Shown here: positions 9,597 to 20,229 of the stretch, piece after piece
Layout: the number at the start of each line of letters is the position of its first letter
Position numbering within the stretch: the first letter of the stretch is position 1
Program-made: the position numbers and the translations under genes
Notes under the pieces: generated by a model
Databases searched by the model: none
What the model was told of the DNA's origin: nothing
What the model saw: only the letters and a program-made list of their open reading frames with translations
NCBI GenBank assembly: GCA_963717465.1
Contig: OY970340.1
Span: forward strand, 1,664,001 to 1,728,000
Length of the DNA stretch: 64,000 bases
Source of the DNA: Candidatus Bathyarchaeota archaeon
GTDB taxonomy: Archaea; Thermoproteota; Bathyarchaeia; Bathyarchaeales; Bathycorpusculaceae
Reading direction: 5' to 3'

Positions 9597-10825
9597 TACT
9601 TGTCCTCCAGCAGTCCGGAAACTAGGACGGCTGAACCGACGGCGCCTATGAACGGAGAATGTTCTGGAACTATTACATCCATGTAGAGTGTGTCTTCCAT
9701 GGCTTTTACTAATCCCTTAACTAAAGATGTTCCTCCGACCTCAATTATTGGCGGTCGAAGGTCGATTTCTTGTAGTTGCTGCTCGAAAACTTGTTCTGCT
9801 ACGCTGTGGCACGCTGCAGCTGCGACGTCTGCTGGTGATGTTCCCGCTGCTAACGCGGTGCTTAAGTCCTGCATTCCGAAGACTATGCAGTATGCATTCA
9901 TCATTACTTTGTCATAATGCCCTTTTAGAGCCAATTCACCTAGCTCGACAACGTCCATTCCTAATCTTTTCGCGGTTACTTCAAGAAATTTCCCTGAGGC
10001 GCCTGCGCAAATACCTCCCACTGTGAAGCTGTCAGGTATGCCGTCATGCAGAGTTACTGCTTTGTTATCCATTCCTCCAATATCTAGTACTGTTGCGTCG
10101 CCTTTTTGCCTGTTCGCTAAAAATACTGCTCCTTTTGAATTTACTGTTATTTCGTCTTGGATTAGTTTTGCTTTGAAACGTTCTCCGACCAGGAATCTTC
10201 CATAGCCAGTTGTGCCAATAGCTTGAATGTCCTTTGCTTGAACTTTGGCTTGTTCTAACGCGGTTTCAAACGCTTTTTGGGCTGTTTCAACAATGTCAAC
10301 TGTAGGTATCCACGCTTCGCCGATAATTTGGTTATCTTTCATAATTGCGACTTTTGTTGTGGTAGAACCTGAGTCTATCCCTGCGGTAAGTCCTTCTTGC
10401 TTGGTTCTAGCCAATAACGCTTTTTTAGCGATGATATTTACTAGTGCTTCCATTCTTAAACGAAAATTGCCTGCTTTTGTTCTCTCAGTAAACGAGTAGG
10501 AAACAATTGGAATGTTTGCTTCAAGTTGAAGGTACCTTCTTATTGCGCTTCGCACAATTGCTCCTTCAGCACATCTGAAACAGGTTGCAATTAAAGCGCC
10601 ATCGACGTTGGATTTTCCTTCAGCGATTGATTTGGCTCTTGCCATCATAACTTTTAAGCCATTACTTGCAACCTTCAATCCGAACTCTTGGGAAACCTTG
10701 TTAATGTCTTCAGTAGCAACTTCAGGTATAACGATAGTTGCTCCAACATCTTTTGCAGTAGTTTCAATTTCTTTTTGAATTCCACTGTATTCTGTTCCGC
10801 AGGATATTTGTGCAATTTTTATCAA
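9596..10825 (-). CDS. mmp15: Methanogenesis marker protein 15 (ASKHA/CoA-activase-type ATPase)
   Basis: [52 protein letters not shown]. Confidence 0.93.
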   Translation of the reverse strand: MIKIAQISCGTEYSGIQKEIETTAKDVGATIVIPEVATEDINKVSQEFGLKVASNGLKVMMARAKSIAEGKSNVDGALIATCFRCAEGAIVRSAIRRYLQLEANIPIVSYSFTERTKAGNFRLRMEALVNIIAKKALLARTKQEGLTAGIDSGSTTTKVAIMKDNQIIGEAWIPTVDIVETAQKAFETALEQAKVQAKDIQAIGTTGYGRFLVGERFKAKLIQDEITVNSKGAVFLANRQKGDATVLDIGGMDNKAVTLHDGIPDSFTVGGICAGASGKFLEVTAKRLGMDVVELGELALKGHYDKVMMNAYCIVFGMQDLSTALAAGTSPADVAAAACHSVAEQVFEQQLQEIDLRPPIIEVGGTSLVKGLVKAMEDTLYMDVIVPEHSPFIGAVGSAVLVSGLLEDK

Positions 10826-11283
10826 TTTTTCGTCTCCTCTAATGATTTGAGAAAGTCTATTATTTTGCTAACCATCTGTTTTGCTTCTTTCTTGTTTTTC
10901 GGATAATTGACAACGATGTGCGGAATTTTATGCTGCTTGATAAGATACACTAAGAACTCATTTGACCTGGCGCAACCACAACACCCAAACCCGAAATCAG
11001 CGTCGTCAATTATAATTGCTGCGTCAGCTTTCTCTACGAGCGGTCCCCACATTGATAGACGGCCCCTGACTCCTGAGGGCACCTCGACAGCCGCGTACTT
11101 CAAGCCTTTTCTTGGTTCTTCAGCTGTTATGTTCATGGGCGGAGAATCTATTTCTGGATTCTTTACGATTTTTCCAATTTCGCTCATCATTGTTAAAGGT
11201 ACATGACCGCTCCTCTCAACTATATCAGCCAGAACAAGACTGTTTACTGGAGAAATTAGAACATTTTTAGCCAGATTTATCAC
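10822..11283 (-). CDS. mmp5: Methanogenesis marker protein 5 (DUF2112)
   Basis: [48 protein letters not shown]. Confidence 0.92.
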   Translation of the reverse strand: MINLAKNVLISPVNSLVLADIVERSGHVPLTMMSEIGKIVKNPEIDSPPMNITAEEPRKGLKYAAVEVPSGVRGRLSMWGPLVEKADAAIIIDDADFGFGCCGCARSNEFLVYLIKQHKIPHIVVNYPKNKKEAKQMVSKIIDFLKSLEETKN

Positions 11284-11731
11284 GCTTCTGCTTATTCTTA
11301 TTTGAATTTAAAATATCAATCGCAATTTCTTTAATTTCATCAGCTTCCACTTTTCTCTCTTCTCTTTTTTTAGCTACACGCTTGCCTCTATCAATATCTT
11401 CTAAGGCTTCACTGATGAATGGTAGAACATCAAATTCCATTTCAAGCTGATGATAGCCTGGTTTAGGGCCTCCTCCTCTATCAGCTCTACAAATTCTGCG
11501 ATCACCAATCGGGAAACCTCTCTCTTTCATAAAAACATCGTAAGTAAATGACTTTCTCAATTCTTGAACAGCTTTATTCACATGCTCTGCTTCTCCCTCA
11601 ATAAGAAGGCCGTAGCATGTTTCCTTAACCTTGATTGGCAGTCCTAACGAGTAAACCTTCACCGCGAGTTCAGAAGGCGTACGATTTGATTTTGGTGAAA
11701 GCACAACCATTCTCGTCTTAACTTCACTCAT
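11267..11731 (-). CDS. mmp6: Methanogenesis marker protein 6 (DUF2102)
   Basis: VKETCYG, KERGFPIGDRRICRA.RGGG.KPGYHQLE. Confidence 0.92.
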   Translation of the reverse strand: MSEVKTRMVVLSPKSNRTPSELAVKVYSLGLPIKVKETCYGLLIEGEAEHVNKAVQELRKSFTYDVFMKERGFPIGDRRICRADRGGGPKPGYHQLEMEFDVLPFISEALEDIDRGKRVAKKREERKVEADEIKEIAIDILNSNKNKQKRDKSG

Positions 11732-11735
11732 GAGA

Positions 11736-13265
11736 CTACTCCTCAATTAAGTAAATTTTTTCGTCTTCCTTAACTTTCTTCAAGAAATCCATACCTTCAG
11801 TAATTTGCCCAATAATGTTCGTGGAATCTAAATTCTCTCCTGTAGGCCCGTACTTCTCGCTGTCAGATAGTCTTATGCCTATTAGACCTGCATGCTTAGT
11901 TGACATGTTAGTTACACCCAACGTTTTTGATTTTACAAGGTTTTTAGGAATATTTTCTGGAATCAACGGCTCTAAAGGCGCTGCCTCGGCTTTAAAAATA
12001 ATAAGATCCTTTGTTTTGAAATGAACCTTAAGTAGTCCAATGGGCTTATCTAAAAGTTGCGCTGCTGATCTGAAAAATTGGCAGGTCTTTGGCGCTTTTT
12101 GATCCAGTAATTTGATTTTAACAATTTTTTCTTTTGATAATCCGTATGTTTTTATCGAACCTTCCTTAATCGCTTCAAAAGTTTTCTTCGGGCTTTGAGC
12201 TATTATTATTGCGTCATCATTCTTCAGGCCATTGCGCAATTGTTTAATGCCAACAGTGGAAAGTAAACCCGAAGCATCTGATTGTGAGCGACCAAGAACC
12301 ATTATTCTGGAAGGCTTAGTGATGACTGCTATTTTGTCGCCTTTTTTTGCAGAATCCAACAACTCGAGTCCTGTATAAACACTTCCAAAAACGCTGTGAG
12401 AACTGTTCGGCATCTCTTCGCTCCTGTAGATATAGATATCTCCTGTGCCAGAGCCAGTGTTTCTCACAGTTACTGAGCCCTTATTTCTGTTCTTTAGATT
12501 CTCTTTTGCTATTGCTAATCCACTTAAGCCCTTAAACTTCACATAAGAAGTTGAAGTATCGTTAACTTCTGCTACTTTGCTTTCAAGAACGCTTAATGCA
12601 TATTCGGAACACGAGGAAGCGGTTTCGTTTAGGTTTATGCCGATGAAAGTGAATATTTCAAGGTTATCATGCAATTCGTCAGTCATTCTTGCAAGTTGAG
12701 CGTTGCTTGCCACCAAGCTTCTGTCAATAACTGGCTCAATACTTTGGATTGCGTCTGCTTGTTGCAAGTTTTCAGCGGTGAACCTTCCGCTCACGACTTT
12801 TGCGAAAACTCCACGATTGCCCTCTGGAACACAGTATTCTGCTTCATGTCGCCTTTTGGAAATGATAATATGCGAGTTTTCTGGGTCAAATCCGGTTAAG
12901 CTTAGAATAGCTTCCCAACGGTCGTATTCATGTGAGCCTTTTGTTGGTTGTAAAGATGTTGAAAATGGCCCTATTGCTACACAATTTTTTGTTGTGAAAG
13001 TGACCTTTAGCTCCTTTAGTGCTGGCGACTTCTTTCTCCATTCTTCAATAAGTGGGATAGCGGAACCGTCTTCGAGTTTAATGTTTATTGTTCCTTTATT
13101 GGTTTTAATCAAGTACAGGTCAGTTTGCCTTAGAAGTTCTTCCCTGCTGTGAATTAACGCTATGATTGTACCCTCAACATGTGGTTCCTGTGATGCTTTG
13201 ATAGCATCCTGAACATTGGAGCCTTCGGGCAGAGTGATTGTTTTTCCATTAATCTTAACTAACAT
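11736..13265 (-). CDS. mmp3: Methanogenesis marker protein 3 (cyclophilin-like domains)
   Basis: MLVKING, AIGPF, VTVRNTGSGTGDIYIYR, SHSVFG, GVTNMS, GIRL...EKYGPTGE. Confidence 0.9.
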   Translation of the reverse strand: MLVKINGKTITLPEGSNVQDAIKASQEPHVEGTIIALIHSREELLRQTDLYLIKTNKGTINIKLEDGSAIPLIEEWRKKSPALKELKVTFTTKNCVAIGPFSTSLQPTKGSHEYDRWEAILSLTGFDPENSHIIISKRRHEAEYCVPEGNRGVFAKVVSGRFTAENLQQADAIQSIEPVIDRSLVASNAQLARMTDELHDNLEIFTFIGINLNETASSCSEYALSVLESKVAEVNDTSTSYVKFKGLSGLAIAKENLKNRNKGSVTVRNTGSGTGDIYIYRSEEMPNSSHSVFGSVYTGLELLDSAKKGDKIAVITKPSRIMVLGRSQSDASGLLSTVGIKQLRNGLKNDDAIIIAQSPKKTFEAIKEGSIKTYGLSKEKIVKIKLLDQKAPKTCQFFRSAAQLLDKPIGLLKVHFKTKDLIIFKAEAAPLEPLIPENIPKNLVKSKTLGVTNMSTKHAGLIGIRLSDSEKYGPTGENLDSTNIIGQITEGMDFLKKVKEDEKIYLIEE

Positions 13266-13448
13266 AGCTCCAACCAATTCTTAACTTGCTTACTGCTTGT
13301 TAACTAATCTAAATAAATCCCTTTACCTTAGGATTAGTATGCATATCTTATCGCATATATTTAGTTTTTTTATGAAAAGTGAGCAGATAACATTAAATGT
13401 TAGGAAGATTTAGCACATAAACAACTTTGGGCAATTTCATGGATTCAG

Positions 13449-15044
13449 GTGAATTCTTTGAAAGAGGATTTTCTGAAAATCGAAGGCGTAAGTAAAGAAT
13501 TCGATGAAACCAGCGTCTTGGAAAACGTTAATGTAACCATAAAAGAAGGCGAAGCATTAGGCATTATCGGTAGAAGCGGAGCAGGCAAATCAGTTCTTAT
13601 TCACATGTTAAGAGGCATGAAAGGTTATGAACCAACTAAAGGCAAAATAACCTATATAGTATCCGTATGCCCTCATTGCCTTTGGGTTGATCTTCCAAGC
13701 AAAAAAAATCAACCATGCCCAATGTGCAAATCCACGCTTGAATTGAAAGAAATCGATTTTTGGAATTCAAAGAATTCAGCTTATTTTGAGCCGATTAGAC
13801 GAAGAATTGCAATAATGTTTCAAAGAACCTTTTCTCTTTTCGGCGACTTTTCATCGCTTCAAAACGTTATGGAGTCCTTGCGGTGGGCAGGTTGCAAAGA
13901 TGAAAATGCAATTGTTAACAAATCCTTAGAGCTATTAAAAATGGTGAACTTAACCCATCGATTAACTCATCCAACAAGGGACTTGAGTGGTGGCGAGAAG
14001 CAAAGGGTTGTACTTGCCCGCCAGTTAGCTATTGACCCATTAATGTTGCTGGCTGATGAACCAACTGGCACTCTTGACCCTCAAAATGCAAAGCTAATCT
14101 ACTCAGTTCTTGACCAGTATATTCGAAAAAGCGGAAAAACTATGCTGGTGACTTCTCATATTCCTGAGGCAATTGAAAAGTTAACGGATAGGGCTATTTG
14201 GCTTGATCAAGGCAAGACGGTTTTAGACGGCAATTCAAAAGAGGTTATTGAAAAGTTCCTGAAAAAGACTAAGCCTCTCCGTGAGATGGAAAAAGAAAAG
14301 ATTGGAGACGACATTATAAGACTCGTTGATGTTAAAAAGCACTTTTTATCCATCGAACGAGGCATCGTGAAAGCTGTTGACGGCGTAACGTTGAACATTA
14401 GGGAGAAAGAAATTTTTGGCCTTATAGGCTTAAGCGGAATGGGCAAAACAACGATTGCGCGAATTATGGCGGGCATAACTACTCCAACAAGTGGAGAGGT
14501 TTATGTTAAGGTTGGTGATGAATGGATTGATCTTCGCAATCCAGGTCCCTTTGGCAAGGGGAGAGCTACTCAGTACATCAGGATTTTGCACCAAGAGTAT
14601 GCCTTGTATAGTTACAGAACCGTTCTAGAAAACCTGACCGAGTCAATCGGCGTTGAACTTCCAAGTGAATTTGCAGAAGTCAAAGTCTACGATGTCTTAA
14701 AGAGTGTTAGTTTCAATGAATCAGCCATAAAGAAAATACTCAACAAGTACCCCGAAGAAATGAGCGAAGGCGAAAGACACAGAGTTGCCTTGGCTCAAGT
14801 GATGGCAAAGGAACCCCGAGTCGTGATTTTGGACGAACCCTCTGGAACAATGGATCCACTGACAAAAATTGAAGTGGCCAAAGCTATTAGACAATCCAGA
14901 TCAGAACTTGAAACAACAATAATCATAGTATCCCATGACATGGACTTCGTTTGTTCAACCTGCGATCGAGCAGCCTTGGTACGAGATGGAAAAATCGCAA
15001 CAATGGGCACGCCAACTGAAATCGTAAAGCAAATAACAGCTTAA
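13449..15044 (+). CDS. atwA: MCR system component A2 (dual ABC ATPase with Zn-binding insert)
   Basis: [24 protein letters not shown] insert, [39 protein letters not shown]. Confidence 0.95.
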   Translation: MNSLKEDFLKIEGVSKEFDETSVLENVNVTIKEGEALGIIGRSGAGKSVLIHMLRGMKGYEPTKGKITYIVSVCPHCLWVDLPSKKNQPCPMCKSTLELKEIDFWNSKNSAYFEPIRRRIAIMFQRTFSLFGDFSSLQNVMESLRWAGCKDENAIVNKSLELLKMVNLTHRLTHPTRDLSGGEKQRVVLARQLAIDPLMLLADEPTGTLDPQNAKLIYSVLDQYIRKSGKTMLVTSHIPEAIEKLTDRAIWLDQGKTVLDGNSKEVIEKFLKKTKPLREMEKEKIGDDIIRLVDVKKHFLSIERGIVKAVDGVTLNIREKEIFGLIGLSGMGKTTIARIMAGITTPTSGEVYVKVGDEWIDLRNPGPFGKGRATQYIRILHQEYALYSYRTVLENLTESIGVELPSEFAEVKVYDVLKSVSFNESAIKKILNKYPEEMSEGERHRVALAQVMAKEPRVVILDEPSGTMDPLTKIEVAKAIRQSRSELETTIIIVSHDMDFVCSTCDRAALVRDGKIATMGTPTEIVKQITA

Positions 15045-15142
15045 GCTGGTTGTAGCCAACAAGTTTAAAACATCGTTAAAATCTTTCCTTTCTTTGGGAA
15101 CAAAATAGCCTTAAATATTTTGTTTCATATGAACAGTCGAGT

Positions 15143-16540
15143 ATGTTCCAGTTAGTTTATGATATTGAGCTTAAGAATGATCCGCATGGTGCAAGGGTTA
15201 GACTGGTTCGTTTGCTTCGGAAAAATGATGCTGTTCAGCTTCAACGGTCTGTTTGGCTAATATCTGACATACCGCCTAATCTTTTCAAAATGTTGAATGA
15301 AATACGACAATTGAACGGAGCGGTTCTAATTTCCGAGTGGAAACCCAAGAATCTAAACGATTTCAGAAATTCACAATTCGATAAGCTTGAGGAAGGAAGC
15401 ATTGTTGGCGTTATTGTCCATGGTCCCGAAGTCATTGACAGCGGCTGGGCTCAAAAATTTATAAGAATTTTTGAAGATTTCGGCGTGAAAGTAATAGCTA
15501 AGCTTGGAGGGACCATGGGTAGGACCGCTATTATAGACGCTGGGCTTGAGGACAAAGTTGATGCTATGGAAAGTCTTCAGCCAAGCCATATCTTGGATGA
15601 TTTTGTACGGCAAGGCGTTGACGCTATATTTCTTTTAAATCATGGAAAAACGGTTGAAAGTGGCGTTTCACTTGGCATGGGTATCTTGGAAAGATCTCGA
15701 TTAATTAGGGAAGTTGAACTGCCCTTCTTTCAAATTGAAAGACCTGGAGAATCTGACGGGTTAGTTTTGCCTTGGGTAAAGGGCGAGGCTTTGGCAAAAT
15801 GGGTGGGAAGTAACCTTAACCTGGAAGTAATTAAGCCGCCCCCTATTGCTAAGACAATCGAATCCAAGCATGATACTATCTATAGGTCGGTTGGAGGAGT
15901 GCTGCCTGGAGAGAAAATCCTCGTTAACGGCGTGGTAATTGGAGTAAGCTCTTCCTCAAACGTAGTCGTAGCGGCTCGAAAAGGGCAAATAATCGATTTG
16001 AATGGTGGACAATTGAACAAGTATGGCGTAAGAAAGCTACGCAAAGTCGACTTAGCTAATGCCTCTATAAAATCAGCTGAAGTACTTCGCAGAAGCGAAC
16101 CTTTGAAAAAGGCGCAGATTAAAAGAGGTTACATAACAAAAAGAATCGCGCTATTAGAAAAAGCTGAAGATACTATTGATCTTGCTAAGACTGCTGACGC
16201 TATCGTTTCTGTTGGCGACGATACCACGGCGATTGCTGCTGAAATCTTGTCAAGGTTCAATATTCCCATGATTGGTGTCATCGATGGTGATGCTGACGGG
16301 CTAATTCGGCAAATAAGCAAAAAGGCTTCGATCGAGGAATATCAAATGATAGCGCCTCCAAAATCTGTCATCATAAAGCTCGAAGCAGGAGCCGATGACA
16401 ACGCAAGAGGATTGATTCGACGCATAATTTTCAATAATACCAAAATAATTGAGTTGAAAGAAACAGAAAATATAGACAATGTAAAAGATAAGATAATTCG
16501 ATTACTCGGAGATTATGTCGTAAAGATATCCAGTGTCTAA
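15143..16540 (+). CDS. DUF2117-family protein with N-terminal Cas2/PaaX-like domain
   Basis: N-term LVYDI...R.RL.RLLR...LQRSVW; then GVIVHGPEVIDSG, GGTMGRTA, LLNHGK, VGDDTT, DGDAD. Confidence 0.8.
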   Translation: MFQLVYDIELKNDPHGARVRLVRLLRKNDAVQLQRSVWLISDIPPNLFKMLNEIRQLNGAVLISEWKPKNLNDFRNSQFDKLEEGSIVGVIVHGPEVIDSGWAQKFIRIFEDFGVKVIAKLGGTMGRTAIIDAGLEDKVDAMESLQPSHILDDFVRQGVDAIFLLNHGKTVESGVSLGMGILERSRLIREVELPFFQIERPGESDGLVLPWVKGEALAKWVGSNLNLEVIKPPPIAKTIESKHDTIYRSVGGVLPGEKILVNGVVIGVSSSSNVVVAARKGQIIDLNGGQLNKYGVRKLRKVDLANASIKSAEVLRRSEPLKKAQIKRGYITKRIALLEKAEDTIDLAKTADAIVSVGDDTTAIAAEILSRFNIPMIGVIDGDADGLIRQISKKASIEEYQMIAPPKSVIIKLEAGADDNARGLIRRIIFNNTKIIELKETENIDNVKDKIIRLLGDYVVKISSV

Positions 16541-16625
16541 AATCCCAAAATGTTCATTTTTTCAGAAATAAAAAGAAAATAATTCTTATTGTTCAAGCTA
16601 GCTTTAATAGAAAACTATGAAGACT

Positions 16626-17624
16626 TTATTCTTCTTTTTCGAGTTTTGCTGTTTTTGCTTTTGTGTTCTTCTTTTTTAATCCGAAGATTGATTCTTTTTC
16701 AAGATTAAAAAGGGTTTCAACTTGTCCTTTGTAGGATATCTGAATAATCCTTTTCTTTAAAATTGATCCGACAACATTTGCGGTTAGACCATGCTTCCTA
16801 AGCAGCATAATGCATTCTTCGGGCTTGTCTGTAGTGAATACAAAACCAATTGATGGGTAAGTCACAAGCCATTCTTGCAATGAGATGTTTTCCGGTTTTG
16901 GTATGCTTTCAATGTTTATTTGGGCTCCAACGTGGCTTGATTCGCACAACATGGCGATAGTTCCGATAACACCTGGCCCGCTTACATCTTTACTTGTGTG
17001 CACAAGGTTTTTCTCTGCTAATTGCATTGGGGCTTCTAATCGCGTTAACACTTGTTTTCTAGTTTTAGACTGGACTGAGTCGAAGGTTTTGACCCAGCCT
17101 TTTGATCCAGGTTTTCCCTCTACATCTACTGCAATAATTATGCTGTCATTTAGTTTTGCAGTAGCACTTGATATAAAACTGTGTGAAACGCCTATGACTG
17201 CCGCGTCAACAGCATCGTAGGGCGTGTCTGGATGAGTATGCCCCTTTAGAAATTTTAATCCGTATTTGTCCAAGCCATATTTTATCCCTTTAACTATTTG
17301 CAATCTAAGGTTAGGGGAACTTGAAGATAAAACGTGGACATACCCAAGTGGCCGTGCTCCCTTGGCAACAATATCATTCACATTAACCACAACTGAGTAG
17401 AAGCCTGCAAGCCAAGGGTCATCTTTAACCAAGCTGTCTACGATACCGTCAGCTGAAACCACAATTTTTGTATCGCCTAAATTAAGAGAACCTGCATCAT
17501 CGTACACGTTTTCCCCCATGATTTCTAATAGATCACCCAGGGCAGATTTGCGTGTTAGCCCCTTAAACTGCTTCAATGCGCTCGATAACTCTGAAACGGA
17601 CGGTTGAGTTTGGTCTAGCCCCAA
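16626..17624 (-). CDS. mmp2: Methanogenesis marker protein 2 (AIR synthase/SelD-related)
   Basis: F.GLTRK, DDAG, ADGI, PWLAGF.SV.VNVNDI, GHTHPD, SKDVSGPG. Confidence 0.85.
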   Translation of the reverse strand: MGLDQTQPSVSELSSALKQFKGLTRKSALGDLLEIMGENVYDDAGSLNLGDTKIVVSADGIVDSLVKDDPWLAGFYSVVVNVNDIVAKGARPLGYVHVLSSSSPNLRLQIVKGIKYGLDKYGLKFLKGHTHPDTPYDAVDAAVIGVSHSFISSATAKLNDSIIIAVDVEGKPGSKGWVKTFDSVQSKTRKQVLTRLEAPMQLAEKNLVHTSKDVSGPGVIGTIAMLCESSHVGAQINIESIPKPENISLQEWLVTYPSIGFVFTTDKPEECIMLLRKHGLTANVVGSILKKRIIQISYKGQVETLFNLEKESIFGLKKKNTKAKTAKLEKEE

Positions 17625-17928
17625 CTTTAGATTGTCACCTAATAACCCGTTACTTTTTCAATCAACTTTAATATCTCTTTTGATAAGATTGCAGGGCTAA
17701 ACCTAACCTTGTCGAAAAAATGAAAAAATCACAGTTAGATTGCTTTTGCAATAGCTCTCGAGTGCGATTTTTCGCCAGCCATATTGATGCTTTTTTCAGC
17801 CCATTATTTTCCATTCAGTGATAAGTTGTGAACTGATCAAAGAAATCTATTTTCAAAAGCTTGACTTTGGGAATTAATCTTTATATTTCTAAACATTCGT
17901 TGGTAGGTGATTGGACAGGGGAAACTAA

Positions 17929-18702
17929 GTGCTAAATATTCAAAAGCTTATTGTTATTGGTGGCTGCGGGAAAAGCGGTGAAAAAGAGGCTGTTGAAAGA
18001 GTCGTTTTTTCCGGCGGAACGGTCGCAAGCATTGTTGGTCCCACTGGTAGCGGTAAAACGGCACTTATTAATGATATTGCGCTTTTTGCAAACCAAAATA
18101 CTCCTTCGAAAAGAAGAATTTTGATTAATGGTAAAGATCCGCTTGAAGACATGATGGAGAATCCCTCTCAAAACCCGATTGCATTAATCACTCAGCATAC
18201 GAATTTTCTTTCAGATTTGCCTGTTGGAAAGTTTCTGCAAACGCATGCTGCGATTCGTCACTGCGAAAAGGATATTACCGAAACCTTGAGTTTTGCGAAT
18301 CAGTTGACGGGTGAGCCGATTAACATTAATTCAAGCATGACTGAACTGTCAGGCGGTCAAACAAGGGCGCTTTTAATCGCTGATGCCGTGATTATTGGAA
18401 ATTCCCCAATTATTTTGCTTGATGAAATCGAGAATGCCGGGATTTACAGGGCTAAAGCGTTAGAGTTGCTTAAAGGCTACAAGAAACTGTTTATCTTTGT
18501 CACACATGACCCTTTCATCGCCTTGCTGTCTGACTTCAGAATTATCATGAAAAATGGGGCAATGCAAAAGCTCATTTTCACCAATGATGAAGAAAAAACT
18601 GTAGCAAAAGAAATAAAAAAGCTCGATGAACAGCTAACGCATTGCCGTGATAAACTACGCAACGGCGAAATCCTAAGCACTGCCGACTTGGAGCTGAATT
18701 AA
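17929..18702 (+). CDS. Soluble ABC-type ATPase
   Basis: GPTGSGKT, LSGGQTRALLIAD, LLDEIENAGI, VTHDP; no adjacent permease. Confidence 0.85.
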   Translation: MLNIQKLIVIGGCGKSGEKEAVERVVFSGGTVASIVGPTGSGKTALINDIALFANQNTPSKRRILINGKDPLEDMMENPSQNPIALITQHTNFLSDLPVGKFLQTHAAIRHCEKDITETLSFANQLTGEPININSSMTELSGGQTRALLIADAVIIGNSPIILLDEIENAGIYRAKALELLKGYKKLFIFVTHDPFIALLSDFRIIMKNGAMQKLIFTNDEEKTVAKEIKKLDEQLTHCRDKLRNGEILSTADLELN

Positions 18703-19399
18703 TTGAAGGCGATCATTTGCGCGGGTCCACCCGACAAGCGGGAAAACAATGGTGCTCAAGCAGGTTGTTCGCCGATTATTAGGCAAGTACAAGATTGCCT
18801 ACATTAAAATCGATGTTCAATTTGCAGATGAAGATGAAATATTCGCCAAGGAATTTGGCATTCCAACCAAAAAAGTTTATTCAGGAGACCTATGCCCAGA
18901 CCACTGCAATGTAGTGGTTTTAGGTGATGCAATAAACTGGGCTCAAGAAAAAGGTGCGGATATATTTCTAATCGAAACCGCAGGGCTTTGCCTTCGATGC
19001 TCACCTTACATCAATAACTCGCTTGGCGTCGTTATTTTGGAAGCTACAAGCGGCATGAATCTTCCCAGAAAAATCGGTCCAATGCTTTCACTCTCAGATG
19101 TAGCTGTCGTGACAAAGATTGATTTGGTTTCTCAGGCTGAAAAAGAAGTTTTCCGCGCAAACATTTTAGCAGCCTCAAACGTCAAAGTCATCGAGACTGA
19201 TGCCCTAAGAGGAATAAACATTGATTTTCTAACAAGACTCATCGAAAAGGCTCCAGAACTGCAAAAACCATTGTTCTTAAGAGGCAATCCACCTTTGGGA
19301 ACATGCACGATATGCGTTGGCAAAAAAGAAATCGGAAAAGAAGCACACTTTGGAACATTAAGGCCATTAAACAATGAAATATTCTTCAGAGGAGAATAA
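18703..19399 (+). CDS. HypB/UreG-like P-loop GTPase (+1 frameshift at ~18733)
   Basis: Corrected N-term MKAIICAGPPTSGKT; SGDLCPDH, ETAGLCLRCSP, TKIDLVSQAE, C-terminal CTIC. Confidence 0.82.
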
Positions 19400-19400
19400 A

Positions 19401-20054
19401 TTGTCAAAAGAAGAAATACTGAAAACTTTGCCCAAGAAAAACTGCGGCTTATGCGGTTTCAAAACTTGCGACGAAATGGCTCAAGCAATGACATTAAAAC
19501 CTGAACTTATTGAGCACTGCACTGTTAGAGAAACTCGCGGTCCAAGCAGTAGCGAATCTGAAAATTTTGAGCCTTTAACTTTCAAGGATTTTCTTGGCAG
19601 AGAGTACGATTTTGTATTGGACAAGTTCCCAAAGGATCACGGTCCGAAAGAGACAATTTTTCCATTCAACCCAGCGATTGTTGAAAAGCTCAAGCTTAAG
19701 AAAGGCGACCTTATCTTTGGGCGTCCAAGCTGGATAAGCTGCGGTTGCCCAGTTACACATGTTGGTTTAATAGTTGAAGATCCAGACTACTTCAACGGGC
19801 TTATCGTGTGGAACATTATGGGTCCATTAGCTGGCCGCCAGAAAGGAGCAATCGAAATCGGACACTACAACGCCATTGCGTACGAAGGCATCGTAAAAGA
19901 TGTCAAACCAGGCATCGAACTGAAAATTGGCATGCGCTACTTCTTCCAGCCCAGGTACTGCATGATGCAATGGCGCCACAGCGGACTTATCAACTTCATG
20001 CAAAACACTCCCGACGGATTGCACGTAAGAATCGAAGGCATCTGGATAGCCTAA
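19401..20054 (+). CDS. Fe-S-binding protein
   Basis: LPKKNCGLCGFKTC; GRP....CGCPVTH; CMMQWRHSG. Confidence 0.8.
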   Translation: MSKEEILKTLPKKNCGLCGFKTCDEMAQAMTLKPELIEHCTVRETRGPSSSESENFEPLTFKDFLGREYDFVLDKFPKDHGPKETIFPFNPAIVEKLKLKKGDLIFGRPSWISCGCPVTHVGLIVEDPDYFNGLIVWNIMGPLAGRQKGAIEIGHYNAIAYEGIVKDVKPGIELKIGMRYFFQPRYCMMQWRHSGLINFMQNTPDGLHVRIEGIWIA

Positions 20055-20229
20055 ACACGCAATTCACAAATCTCTAAACTTCGAAAATCTCATAATAGCT
20101 TAAATGCTCAAAGGTAATGCTTACTTTTTAAGTAAAAATCAAAACCCTGATTTCCATAAGATTTATGAATTCCAAAGAATCTGTTTCCCCTAAGCGTACA
20201 ATAACACGCTAACTGGAAAAGTGGGCTTT

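Noticed and set aside
13338..13357. TATGC-N10-GCATA in the mmp3/atwA divergent promoter
   Set aside because: 5-bp arms in AT-rich DNA are expected by chance; not seen repeated at other promoters
15143..15370. CRISPR-Cas locus suggested by the Cas2-like domain
   Set aside because: No repeat-spacer array, cas1 or other cas gene in the window
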